Position numbers and translations under genes: made by a program | The notes under the pieces: generated by a model | Told to the model about the DNA's origin: nothing | The model's input: the letters and a program-made list of their open reading frames with translations, nothing else | The model's database searches: none | Shown: positions 50,006 through 61,720 of the stretch, in pieces | Numbering within the stretch: the first letter of the stretch is position 1 | Layout: the number at the start of each line of letters is the position of its first letter | Assembly: GCA_038087875.1 (NCBI GenBank) | Contig: CM075985.1 | Span: 40,548,001 to 40,612,000, forward strand | Length of the DNA: 64,000 nt | Direction: 5' to 3' | DNA from: Malacoraja senta | Lineage: Eukaryota

Positions 50006-50368
50006 TGAAGTAAACTTGACATTTAGAATCATATACAGCATATAAACAGGCCCTTCAGCCCAGCTTACTATGTCGGCCAAGATGCTCCATCTATCCTTGA
50101 CCCACCTACCTACCTTTTAGCTTAATTTAATTTATTATTAATGTCACGTGTACTCTTTTGCAGTGAAAATGGTTATTGTGTGCTGTCCAGTCAGTGAAAA
50201 TACTACATAACAATGAAGCAGTTCACAATGTATAGATACACGATAAAGGGGATCATGTTTAGTGCAATGTAAATCCAATTGGTGTTTTGCCGATTTCCCT
50301 CCAAACCTTTCCTATCCATAGACATTTCTATTACTTGACAATAATTGTATTATTTTATTTGTGTCTAG

Positions 50369-50629
50369 GGCCTCACACACTGATCTATTACTACACCCTG
50401 AACCACGGGGGTACTCATCTACCAGAATATAGTGTCGTGGGTGTACTGGACGATTGTGAGATACAGTATTATGACAAAAACATGGTTATTACAGTTCCAA
50501 GACAGAAATGGATGGCGGCTGCATTTGACAGGAGTTACTGGGTAACAAATACGGTCTCCGAAACTGGTTTCCATGGAATCATCAAAGGGCTAGTCGATGA
50601 ATGGATGCGGAGGCAGAACGAAACAGCAA
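50369..50629 (+). CDS. MHC class I-like alpha1 domain exon (261 nt, phase 1/1)
   Basis: tttatttgtgtctAG|gg..gcaa|GTtagt; GPHTLIYYY..LPEYSVVGVLDD..YYD..PRQKW..YW..RRQNET shows H3, Y7, GxxD, W, Y59, R84 and the N86 NxT sequon of class I alpha1. Confidence 0.92.
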
Positions 50630-51239
50630 GTTAGTTCATTCATTTGAATATATTTGGATTGTGATCACTGGAAATAAAAAAATCTCGAAGAAGTACCTCG
50701 CTGTGGCAGAGATCCAGGTTTGATCCTGATCTCGAGCAAGTTTACACGTTCTCCCTGTGACCATACATATTTCCTCCAGGTGCTCCGGATTTGTCCTAAA
50801 TCTTGTAAACGTGCAGGTTTGTAGGTTAATTGTGCTCAGTAAATTACTGTTGTTGTGCAGAGAATGGGTGAGAATGTGGGTAACATAATGTAGATGTGTA
50901 GGAATGAACTGCAGATGCTGGTTTACAGAGGAGATAGACACAAAATGCTGGAGTAACTCAGCGGGACAGGCAGCATCTCTGGAGAGAAGGTGTAGTTTTG
51001 GGTCGAGACACTTCCTCAGACAGAGTTTCTTCCCTGTCTGAGGAAGGCTCTTGACTGGAAACATCACCCATAACTTCTATCCAGAGATGCTGACTGTTCA
51101 GCTGAGTGACTTCAGAATTGTGAATTGATTATCGATGGTCGGCATGGACTCATTGGGCCGAGTGGCCCGTTTCCATGCTGTGTCTAACCTAATTAAGAAC
51201 TGCAAATGCTGGAAATGTGAAATAAAAAATAAAATGGCA

Positions 51240-51395
51240 GTGGGGGGGAGGGGAGGGAGGGGAGAGAGGAGAGAAGAGGGGAGGGGAGTGGGTGGGAGGG
51301 TGTGGGGTGTGAGGGGAGTGGAGGAGGGGGAGGTGGAGGGGGAGGGAGGGAGGGAGGGGAGGTAGGTGAGTGGGGGTGAGGTGTTGGGAAGTGGA
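51240..51395 (+). repeat. G-rich low-complexity tract (G-quadruplex-prone)
   Basis: Many GGG/GGGG runs read directly. Confidence 0.85.
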
Positions 51396-51409
51396 AGAAC
51401 AAAGGATGT

Positions 51410-53208
51410 CCCTTGCAGTCAGAAACAGGTGAATTGATCATGGGGAACAAGGACATGGCAGACCAATTGAATAACTACTTTGGTTCTGTCTTCACTAAGG
51501 AAGACTTAATTAATCTGCCGGAAATAGCAGGGGACCGGGGGTCAAATGAGATGGAGGAACTGAGTGAAATCCAGGTTAGGCGGGAAGTGGTGTTAAGTAA
51601 ATTGACTGGATTAAAGGCCGATAAATCCCCAGGGCCAGATAGGCTGCATTCCAGAGTACTTAAGGAAGTAGCACCAGAAATAGTGGATGCATTAGTGATA
51701 ATGTTTTTAAACTCTTTAGATTCTGGTGTAGTTCCTGAGGATTGGAGGGTAGCTAATGTAACCTCACTTTTAAAAAAGGGAGGGAGAGAGAAAAAGGGGA
51801 ATTACAGACCAGTTAGTCTAACATCGGTAGTGGGGACACTGCTAGATTCAGTTATTAAAGATGGGATAGCAGCACATTTGGAAAATGGTGAAATCATTGG
51901 ACAAAGTCAGCATGGATTTATGAAAGGTAAATCATGCCTGACGAATCTTATAGAATTTTTCGAGGATGTAACTAGTAGAGTGGATAAGGGAGAACCAGTG
52001 GATGTGTTATATCTGGACTTTCAGAAGGCTTTCGACAAGGTCCCACATAAGAGATTAATATACAAATTTAAAGCACACGGTATTGGCGGTTCAGTATTGA
52101 TGTGGATAGAGAACTGGCTGGCAGACAGGAAGCAAAGTGTAGGAGTGAACGGGTCATTTTCAGAATGGCAGGCAGTGACTAGTGGGGTACCGCAAGGCTC
52201 AGTGCTGGGATCCCAGCTATTTACAATATATATTAATGATTTGGACGAGGGAATTGAATGCAACATCTCCAAGTTTGCGGATGACAACAAGCTGGGGGCA
52301 GTTTTAGCTGTGATGACGGTGCTAGGAGGTTGCAAGATGACTTGGATAGGCTGGGTGAGTTGGCAAATGCATGGCAGATGCAGTATAATGTGGATAAATG
52401 TGAGGTTATCCACTTTAGTGGCAAAAACAGGAAAGTAGACTATTACCTGAATGGTGGCCGATTAGGAAAAGGGGAGATGCAACGAGACCTGGGTGTCATG
52501 GTACACCAGTCATTGAAAGTGGGCATGCAGGTGCAGCAGGCAGTGAAGAAAGCGAATGGTATGTTAGCATTCATAGCGAAAGGATTTGAGTATAGGAGCA
52601 GGGAGCTTCTACTGGAGTTGTACATGGTCTTGGTGAGACCACAGCTGGAGTATTGCGTACAGTTTTGGTCTCCTAATCAGAGGAAGACATTTTCCATAGA
52701 GGGAGTACAGAGAAGATTCACCAGACTGATTCCTGGGATGTCAGGACTTTCATATGAGGAAAGACTTGATAGACTCGGCTTGTACTCGCTGGAATTTAGA
52801 AGAATGAGGGGGTATCTTATAGAAACTTACAACATTCTTAAGGGGTTGGACAGGATAGATGCAGGAAGTTTTTTTCCAGATGTTGGGGAAGTCCATAACA
52901 AGGGGTCACAGTTTAAGGATAAAGGGGAAATCTTTTAGAACTGAGATGAGAAAAACATTTTTACACAGAGAGTGGTGAATGTCTGGAATTCTCTGCCACA
53001 TAATGTAGTTGAGGCCAGTTCATTGGCTATATTTAAGAGGGAGTTAGATGTGGCCCTTGTGGTTAAAGGGATCAGGGGGTATGGAGAGAAAGCCAGTACA
53101 GGATACTGAGATTGTTGATCAGCCATGACCATATTGAATGGCGGTGCAGGCTCGAAGGGCCGAATGGCCGCCTCCTGCACCTATTTTCTATGTTTCTATG
53201 TTTCTATG
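51410..53208 (+). mobile_element. CR1 (HER1-like) LINE, 5'-truncated, RT with frameshift
   Basis: ORFs 51413-52438 and 52330-52938: [37 protein letters not shown]; (tttctatg)n tail. Confidence 0.97.
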
Positions 53209-53324
53209 ACCTGGTATTGGATACTTTATAACATTGTTGGTGAAATGTGAAAACTCTCTGCATACCTTGGGTATTCATTATGAGCACATATTCATGTGTT
53301 CATGATTCATGATTAATTACGTTT

Positions 53325-54585
53325 TAAAACTTGCTTGACTAATCTTCTGGGATTTGTTGAGGATGTGACAAGTAAAATGGATGAAGGGGTGCCAGTGGAT
53401 GTAGTGTATCTAGTCTTTCAGAAAGCCTTTGATAAGATCCCGCACGGGAGACTGGTGAGTAAAATTAGAGCACATAGTAAGGTGTTGACGGATAGAAAAT
53501 TGGTTGGCAGACCGGAAGCATAGAGTAGGAGTGAACGGGTCCTTTTCAGAATGGCAGGCAGTGGCGAGTAGAGTGCCGCAAGGCTCGGTGTTGGGGCCGC
53601 AACTGTTTACCATATATATTAATGATTCGGAAGAGGGAATTAGGGGCAACACAAGCAAGTTTGCGGATGACGCAAAGCTGGGTGGCAGTGTGAACTGTGA
53701 AGAGGATGTTAGGAGGTGGCAGGGTGACCTGGACATGTTGAGTGAGTGGGCAGATGCATGGCAGATGCAGTATAATGCAGGATAAATGTGAGGTTATCCA
53801 CTTTGCCGGCAAACACAAGGGGGCAGATTATTATCTCAATAGGGTTAGTTTCGGTAAGGGGGAGGTACAGCGAGACCTGGGTGTCCTTGTACACCGGTCA
53901 CTGAAAGTTGGCGTGCAGCTAATGGAATGTTAGCCTTCATAACAAGAGGATTTCAGTATAGGAGTAAAGATGTTCTTCTGCAGGTGTATAGGGCTCTGGG
54001 GAGACAACATCTGGAGTATTGTTTACAGTTTTGGTCTCCTAATTTGAGGAAGGACATCCTTGTGATTGAGGCAGTGCAGCGTAGGTTCACGAGATTGATC
54101 CCTGGGACGGCGGGACTGTCATATGAGGAAGAATTGAAAAGACTAGGCTTGTATTCACTGGAGTTTAGAAGGATGGGGGGGGTATCTTATAGAAACAAAT
54201 AAAATTATAAAAGGACTGGATAAGCTAGATGCAGGAACAATGTTCCCAATGTTGGGCGAGTCCAGAACCAGGGGCAACAGTCTTTGAATAAAGGGGAGGT
54301 CATTTAAGACTAAGTTGAGAAAAACCGTTTTCACCCAGAGAGTTGTGAATTTATGGAATTCCCTGCCACAGAGGGCAGTGGAGGCCAAATCATTGGATGG
54401 ATTTTAGAGAGAGTAGGATAGAGCTCTAGGGGCTCGTGGAGTCAAGGGATATGGGGAGAAGGCAGGCAAGGGTTATTGATAGGGAACGATCGGCCGTGAT
54501 CACAATGAATGCCGGTGCTGGCTCGAAGGGCCGAATGGCCTCCTCCTGCACCTATTTTCTATGTTTCTATGTTTCTATGTTTCTA
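53325..54585 (+). mobile_element. Second CR1 LINE 3' half in tandem
   Basis: FQKAFDKIPH, PQGSVLGP, FADDAKLGG, QFWSPNLRKD; same (tttctatg)n tail. Confidence 0.95.
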
Positions 54586-56336
54586 AAACATTGCTTTGTG
54601 TTACCTCTTTGGTTACACATATAACAAATTATATATAATCTTTAACTCTGGACAGGGTAAGGTGTGCACAATACATCACAATATTATGAACTGGTCAATT
54701 TCTATCAATTATCCATATCTTGCAATATTTATTATTTTTAAATTACGTAAATTAACATGAATGAGACATTTATGGGATTATCGTTAGATTCATTTTAACC
54801 ATGTTTATTGAATCATATAGCCTTCAAAAGTATGTTTTTTTGCATATGTACATTATACATATTATCTGCAACGTTGTTATGTTTATGAGTTTTATGAGCA
54901 CATTGCCAGGGCTCAAGGGTGTGAACAAGAGGGAATGATTGTGCAAGCCAGGGCTTTATTCCATGGAGCACAGGAGGCTGGTGTGATCATATAGGGGTGC
55001 TTAAAATCATGAGGGGAATAGATAGTGTATGCACCGAGCCTTTTACCCAGAGAAGGGGAATAAGATAACCAGAGGACATGGGTTTAATGTGAGAGGGGGA
55101 AGATTTAATTGGAACCCGGGGGGGGGCAATCTTTTTGCTCAGTGAGTGGTCAGTATATGGAATAACCTGCCAGAGAATGTAAAATAACAATATTTAAAAG
55201 ACACTTGGACAGGGACATGCATGAATATTTTTTCGAATGATACAGTATCTACCCATTGCAGGGTATATGGGACTAGCTCAGATGGAGCATCTTGGTTAGC
55301 ATGAACAAGTTGAGCCAAAGGGCTTGTTTCCATGCTGTGTGTCTCTCTCTATGTCTAAGAGCGCCGCTGCCTCACAGCTCCAGCGATCCCGGTTCAGTCA
55401 TCTGCAGTACAATGTTTGTTTTCCAGTGTCCTCCCACATACCAAAAATGTGCTGATTTAGTAGATTAATCCACCGCTGCAAATTTCTCTTCATAAAGTTG
55501 GATTTGTGGCATTGATAGAAACGAGGAAGATCTGTTTTGGGGAAAATTAGTGTTGGAATGATTTTGATCTCTGGGCTAGAGTGGGCTCAGGAGGCTGAAA
55601 GGCCTCTTTCTCTGTCACATTGAATTATGGGCAGTTATTTACCCTTGAATTGCCTTATTTCTCATTTCAGTCAGTGTAATATTGAACTAATTGTCTGGAT
55701 TGAACTATTTAAAAATTCTAGATGAAAGAAAGTGCAGACGCTGGTTAAGATTTAGAGTTAGATTTAGTTCTTAAGGCTAAAGAAATCAAGGGTTATGGGG
55801 AAAAAGCAGGAACGGGATACTGATTTTAGATGATCAGCCACGATCATATTGAATGGTGGTGCTGGCTCGAAGGGCCGAATGGCCTACTCCTGCACCTATT
55901 TTTCGAAGTTTCTATAATTACTATATATTCGGCTATTTGTGGTGTTTCTTGAAAAGACGAAGACGAGAGAAACTAAAAGACCTGCAGAACCCAACTAAAT
56001 GACTGCAGAAAGCAGCTTGAAATGAAGGCTCTTTATCTATACAACATCATTACTTTTTATTCGGCTATCAATGTTTGTGGTGTTTCTTATTGGAATGAAA
56101 GCATCATCCAAATGTTGTCCTTTCCTTATTGCTCCTGGGAGCTGGTTGGCATGAGCTCATTACCTTCATCCTTGAGTTCACAAGCTGTTCTTTATCTCTG
56201 GGCTAAAGTTCACAGACTCTTCTTTTCAAGGAGTGAGCTGTTTTTAAGCAAACTCACCAGCAAAACCTTACACATTCTTACACTCCCCCCCCTCCTTTGA
56301 TTCATCAATCAATGCCAGAGGGAATGAATCACATAA

Positions 56337-57350
56337 GGCCCCTGTCCCACTTGGGTGACCTCCACCGCGACCTCTGGCAAGTTTGCCCGCGACCCATAGT
56401 CGCGGCAAACTCGCCACGAGGTCGTATGATGTCTTCGTCACTCTCGTTCATGGTTGAGAGTGGTCTACGCATAGTCGAGGCTCCAGCTCGGTCGTGCCGT
56501 ATTTTTCAAAATGCTAAAAATTGACCGCGACTAAAAATAGGTCGCCGTGGGAAAAATCGTAGTAGGTCGTGTTGCTAGTCGTAGGTAGTCGAAGGTGGTC
56601 GAAGGCAATAGCTCCGGGGTGAAAAAAAGGTCAGTGGAAAAAAAAGGTAATTTAAACAGCAGAACGTCTCCTCTTTCACACCAAGGCATGTTCATTCATA
56701 GCTGGAGAGTTTTTTTGCAGAGGAGACTTATGTTTTAGAGATGGCACAAAAAAGGCAGCAGCGCAAGGGGGTGGCACAACCCTCAAAAAAGCCTGCCATG
56801 CAGGTGTTGACCACCCAGGAGGAGGAGTTGCAGGAGGTGATAGTGCAGGAGGAGGTAGCCCTGCATGACAGACCCCTGCAGGAGAATACCAGGGTGGTAG
56901 TATATGTCCCCACCACAACCCCATCCTACACTGCCTCATTTGAAGGCAGCAAAGCAGCCCTTTCTACTTGCCTGACACAGCATCAGAGGCAGATGCCCCA
57001 TTGGTGGTGAGGGAGGGCTGGAGGATGGTTATGCCCTACAGCTTCACCAGGCAGCAGGAGGGGGACCTTGAGGAACGGTTCCAGCAGAATGCCATCCTGT
57101 ACGAAAAGGAAAATGAGGGGTACAGGGACAGGGACAAGAATGGCATGCTTGCCATCCACTGCCCCTGATGTGTGTTTAAGTTCCATATTTTGTCAAAGCC
57201 CAACGCCACTCTCTTCCAGTCATGTGGTGTACTGGGACAGTCCATCACATCATCTCCATTCAACAACTGAGACCTCTTCTTGTGCTTCCTCTTCACTATT
57301 GCTCTTCCCCTTCTGCCTTTCTTAAAAGGCCGCTGAAGCAAAAGGGCTAC
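56337..57350. mobile_element. Harbinger deletion derivative (MADF/Myb-like fragment on +, transposase fragment on -)
   Basis: Starts taa|ggccctgtcccac, the same TIR as the MITEs; + YSFTRQQEGDLEERFQQNAILYEK..YRDRDK; - PSTPHDWKRVALGFDKIWN and GAVDGKH; right TIR not found. Confidence 0.78.
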
Positions 57351-58369
57351 TGCAAACAGCAGTAGTTGTATTTTTAGTAACCTCCTCCAAACTAGTTCCT
57401 TCCTTGTTGCATGGTTCAGAATGATTTTTTAAAAAACCTGGGAGGCATTTTTTAGTGAGCAAAAAATGCAGACATGACATCATTTTATCAGGTGATTATT
57501 TGAGCTGTAGACACTCGTCACTGGTAGTTGTTGGTTTTCGGTGTGGTCCTCTGAAGTGGAAGGGTGTCGTGCTCATTCACGGACCAATTTGTTAGAGACC
57601 ATCCACGAGTAAGAATACCAAGGAAAGGTAGTGCAGTTACACATCACTGAATATCTTTAACCTATTCAATGCCACCCCCGAGTGTACCCGGGCCATGGCC
57701 AATAGTAAAAATAAACTTGGCAGTGAACAGCTTAATGGTCTCCATATTTTGTAGAAAGCCTTCATTGCCCATGAGGGGTGAGCCTTATTATATCTATGTT
57801 TCTCTAAATATAGGAAGCACTTTTGTGGTGAAAGAAGGGGCAGCTCGGGCCTCGAAAGGATCTAACCTTATGTGCAGCTTTACATTTGTTTATAGGCAAT
57901 AAGCAAAAAGAATACAATAAAAGATAAAAAATGATCATAATTATAAGGAAAGCCAGGAGATCATGCGGCACGGTGGCACAGTGGTAGAGTTGCTGCCTTA
58001 CAGCACTTGCAGCGCCAGACTCCCGGGTTTGATCCTGACTATGCCTACGATCCTGACTATGACCTGATCGTCGCCTACAGACCAAAGGATCGACTGCCGC
58101 TCAACAGAAAAGTCCAATAACGGACATGACGTTGCTGGGGGTGGGACTTGTCAGCGATTGGTCCAGAACCCCTTGTCCATCACATCACTGTGAAGCGATG
58201 AACATTGTCCCAAACCTCCGCTCCACCCGATCCAAAGCCCGGGGAGGGTGGCCGTGGGAGAGTGGGGGCTGTCCCGAGGGATGCGCACATGCGGCCGCTT
58301 TCAACTTGGTGCTTGGGTTCAGATTACACAGTCACCCTTGGCTTGTGTGGGGAAAATGCCCCCATGCTC

Positions 58370-59300
58370 CCGTCTCTCCTTTCCCTCTCCCCTATTCTCT
58401 CTCTCCCCCTCTTCCCTCTCTTCCCCCTTTTCTCCCCCCCCTCTCCCTCCTCCTTCTCTCCCCCCCCACTCTCTCCCCCGTCTTTCTCCTCACTCCATCT
58501 CCCCATCTCTCTCCCCCTCTCTCTCTCCCCTCTCTCTCTCCCCGCTCTCTCTCCCCTCTCTCTCCCCGCTCTGTCTCCCCCTCTCTCTCCCCCCTCTCTC
58601 TACCCCCACTCGCTCCCCCCACTCGCTCCACCTACTCGCTCCCCCACTCGCTCCCCCCACTCGCTCCCCCCACTCGCTCCCCCCACTCGCTCCCCCCTCT
58701 CGCACCCCCAATCACCCCCTCTCGCACCCCCTCCCCTCTTCCCCCTCTCTCTCCCCCATCTCTCTCTCCCCCTCTCTCTCTCCCTTCTCTTTCTCCCCCT
58801 CTCTCTCCCCCCTACCTCTCCCCCCTCTCTCTCCCCCTCTATCTCCCCCTCTCTCTCTCTCCCCATCTCTCCCCCCTTCTCCCCCCTTCTTATCTCTCCC
58901 CTCTTCTCTCTCCCCCTTCTCACCCCCTCTTCTCTCTCCCCTCTTCCCGCTCCATTCTTTTCTCTCTCCACGCTTCCCTCTCTCCTCCTTTCTCCACTCT
59001 TCTCTCTCTCCTCTCTCTCCCCTCTTATCTCTCTCTCCCACCTCTCCCCCTTCTCTCCCCGCTCTCCCCCCTCTCTTCCCAACTCTCCCCCCTCTCTCCC
59101 CCTCTCTCCCCCTCTCTTCCCCCTCTCCCCCTCTCTTCGCCCCTCTCTCCCCCTCTCTCCCCCCTCACTCCCCCCCTCTCACCCCCTCTCTTCCCCTCTC
59201 TCTCCCCTATATTCCCCTCCTCTCTCCATTCTCTCTCTCCCGTTCTCTCACACCTCCTCTCCCCCCTCTCTCCCCCTTCTCTCCTCCTTCTCCCTCTCCT
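58370..59300 (+). repeat. ~0.9 kb CT-rich polypyrimidine tract with cactcgctccccc sub-repeats
   Basis: Read directly; accounts for the long Pro/Leu/Ser-rich ORFs. Confidence 0.97.
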
Positions 59301-59304
59301 CCGT

Positions 59305-59437
59305 CTCCACCGGCGGGAGTGACCCACAGTCATTGACCGCGATGCACCGCCATCGGACCCCAACCCCCACATCAGGAGTGGTGGAGAATCACCGGTGCAT
59401 TGCGGTCAATGACTGTGGGACAATCCCGCCGGTGGAG
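59305..59437. repeat. 45-bp inverted repeat (3 mismatches) with a 43-nt spacer
   Basis: ctccaccggcgggagtgacccacagtcattgaccgcgatgcaccg versus cggtgcattgcggtcaatgactgtgggacaatcccgccggtggag. Confidence 0.95.
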
Positions 59438-59483
59438 AGAGAGAAGGGGGAGAGAAGGGGGAGAGAGAAGGGGGAGGGGGGTG

Positions 59484-59683
59484 NNNNNNNNNNNNNNNNN
59501 NNNNNNNNNNNNNNNNNNNNNNNNNNNNNNNNNNNNNNNNNNNNNNNNNNNNNNNNNNNNNNNNNNNNNNNNNNNNNNNNNNNNNNNNNNNNNNNNNNNN
59601 NNNNNNNNNNNNNNNNNNNNNNNNNNNNNNNNNNNNNNNNNNNNNNNNNNNNNNNNNNNNNNNNNNNNNNNNNNNNNNNNNNN
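59484..59683. other. Assembly gap (200 N)
   Basis: N run read directly. Confidence 1.
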
Positions 59684-60442
59684 ACGCGCGCACGGCGAGT
59701 ACAAGTAATTCGGAATGGGACCTACAAAGAATGTGAAGCAAATCAGCCGAAAGAGGAGCTCTGGACATGGATTAAATCAGACATTAAGATGTGTGAGGAT
59801 GGTATCTGGAGACAAAGAGACATGGGTCAAGCCAGTTTGCACCACAAGCACCAATGCCATTCCTTGCCCAACAAATCCACTCACAGGTTCATCTCAACTC
59901 GCACACCACCCCTCCCCCTCCAGCAATTCCAAGACAAGCTGGTGGGTATGAGGTTTTTAGGAAACATTTTCAACAAATAGCTTAGTGATGTGCAACGTGC
60001 CAGTTTAACAAATCATGACTTCTAATGGTAATGCCAACATTAGGGTCCCCCAGCAAACAGCTGGCCCAGTCCCAGCACCTACAGCTTGACTATGTTTCTC
60101 TTCCAAAATGCTAGGGGGATATTGATGTTTTTATTTTAGTTTAGTTTAGAGATGCAGTGCGGGAAACAGGCCCTTCGGCCCTCTGAATACGCGCCGACCA
60201 GCTATCTTCGGTTTTCTCCCACACTTCAAAGATGTACAGGTATGTAGGTAAAATTGGCTTGGTAAAAGTTAAACAAAATTGCCCCCTAGTGCGTGTAGGA
60301 TAGTGGTAGTATGTGGGGATCGCTTGGCGGCGTGGATCTGATCGGCCAAAGGGCCTGTTTCAACACTGTATCTCCTAAACTGAACTAAACTAAAATCATT
60401 CCAGTTGCTCCTGTATCGCCGTTCCTCCTGTTTTCAGATGCG

Positions 60443-60830
60443 TAGTTCTGTCGACCATTGTCGATCATCTTTGAGTCGGCTAGTTGTGTAGACCATTGTA
60501 GATCATCTTTGGGTCGGCTAGTTCTGTAGACCATTGTCGATCATCTTTGGGTCGGCTAGTTCTGTAGACCATTGTCGATCATCTTTGGATCGGCAGGTTT
60601 GAGATGTGTAGTTCTGTAGCCCATTGTCGATCATCTTTGGGTCGGCTAGTTCTGTAGACCATTGAGGATCATCTTTGGGTCGGCGGGTTTGAGATGAGTA
60701 GTTCTGTAGACCATTGTCGAACATCTTTGGGTCGGTAGGTATGAGATGTGTAGTTCTGTACACCATTGTCAATCATCTTTGGGTCGGTTAGTTTTGTAGA
60801 CCATTGCCGATCATCTTTGGGTCGGCGGGT
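60443..60830. repeat. Minisatellite of mixed 38-bp and 52-bp units
   Basis: tagttctgtagaccattgtcgatcatctttgggtcggc starting at 60443, 60481, 60519, 60557, 60609, 60647, 60699, 60751, 60789. Confidence 0.95.
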
Positions 60831-61370
60831 ATGTGCCGGAAACCATCTTGCGATGTTATGGGGCCTTGCTGCACTTGGTCATTTTTTTCGCACTTAATCG
60901 TTTGATGCAAGGAGGCTAATCTTGGGAAGGAGTGTCATCTTCATCCGCGTCGTTGCTACTGGAATGTTTGCCAGATCCGAGATCTATTTTCAGATTTTCT
61001 TGCTGAAGGGTTTCCAGATCAGGGTACAAACTAGGCGGCTGCTGTTTATTCCCATCCTTCTTTAGTTCTTTATTTTCGTGTTTTAGTTCTTTATTTTCAG
61101 CTTCTTATGTTTTGGATTTGAGTGCTTCCTCTCGCAACTGTGCATGCTTTGCCACTAACTGTTCTTTAATGGTTGCCTACTTTCCATTTAGGTGCATCTT
61201 TGCTGACCTTGTTCCAGTGCTGCTAAGGACGATCTGCTTTGCTCGTTGTCCATTTAGATACGTTGCCTTTCCCAAGGCCTTTTCAATATCTTCCAAAGAC
61301 CATGGTCGTTTGGAGGTACATTTACTCAACTTCTGCTTTCTTTTTCCAGTTCCCATCATTGCTCTTTAAA
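60830..61370 (-). mobile_element. Possible pogo/Tigger-like transposase remnant
   Basis: KRPWSLEDIEKAL resembles an HTH-psq N-terminus, followed by Lys-rich and acidic segments with many stops. Confidence 0.3.
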
Positions 61371-61404
61371 TTATTTTTTTATTTTTCAAGGATCTCATGT
61401 TTCG

Positions 61405-61720
61405 TTTTTTTTCTACTTTAGAGATACAGTGCAAAAAAGGTCCTTAGCGCCACTGTGTCTCCACCGATCAGCGACCCCTGCACATTATCACTATCCAACA
61501 CACACTGGGGACAACATTTATATTCATACCAAGCCAATTAACCTACAAACCTAGATGTGTTTGAAGTGTGGCGAGAAACCGAAGATCTGGGCGAAAAATC
61601 ATGCTGTCACAGGGAGAATATACAAATTCCATACAGACAGGACCTGTGGCCGGGATCGAACCCGGGTCTCTGGCGCTGTAAGTGCTATAAGGCAGCAACT
61701 CTACCGCTGCGCCACCATGC
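61405..61720 (-). mobile_element. HE1/V-SINE-like SINE
   Basis: Full reverse-complement copy ending ggcagcaactctaccgctgcgccaccatgccgc. Confidence 0.9.

Noticed and set aside
56676-57010. Gln/Glu-rich 89-aa ORF as an independent gene
   Set aside because: Lies inside the Harbinger derivative just upstream of the MADF fragment and is probably its degraded N-terminus
59690-59950. Unique-looking coding sequence after the second gap
   Set aside because: Frameshifted and resembles a LINE RT C-terminal block (FAPHKCQ-like); too degraded to call
58126-59980. Long Pro/Leu/Ser-rich ORFs (398, 591, 362 aa) and Gly/Glu/Arg-rich antisense ORFs
   Set aside because: They result from a CT-only tract that cannot form stop codons, and one runs through an N gap
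60443-60830. CRISPR-like array
   Set aside because: No unique spacers (the insert is itself repeated), eukaryotic context and no cas genes
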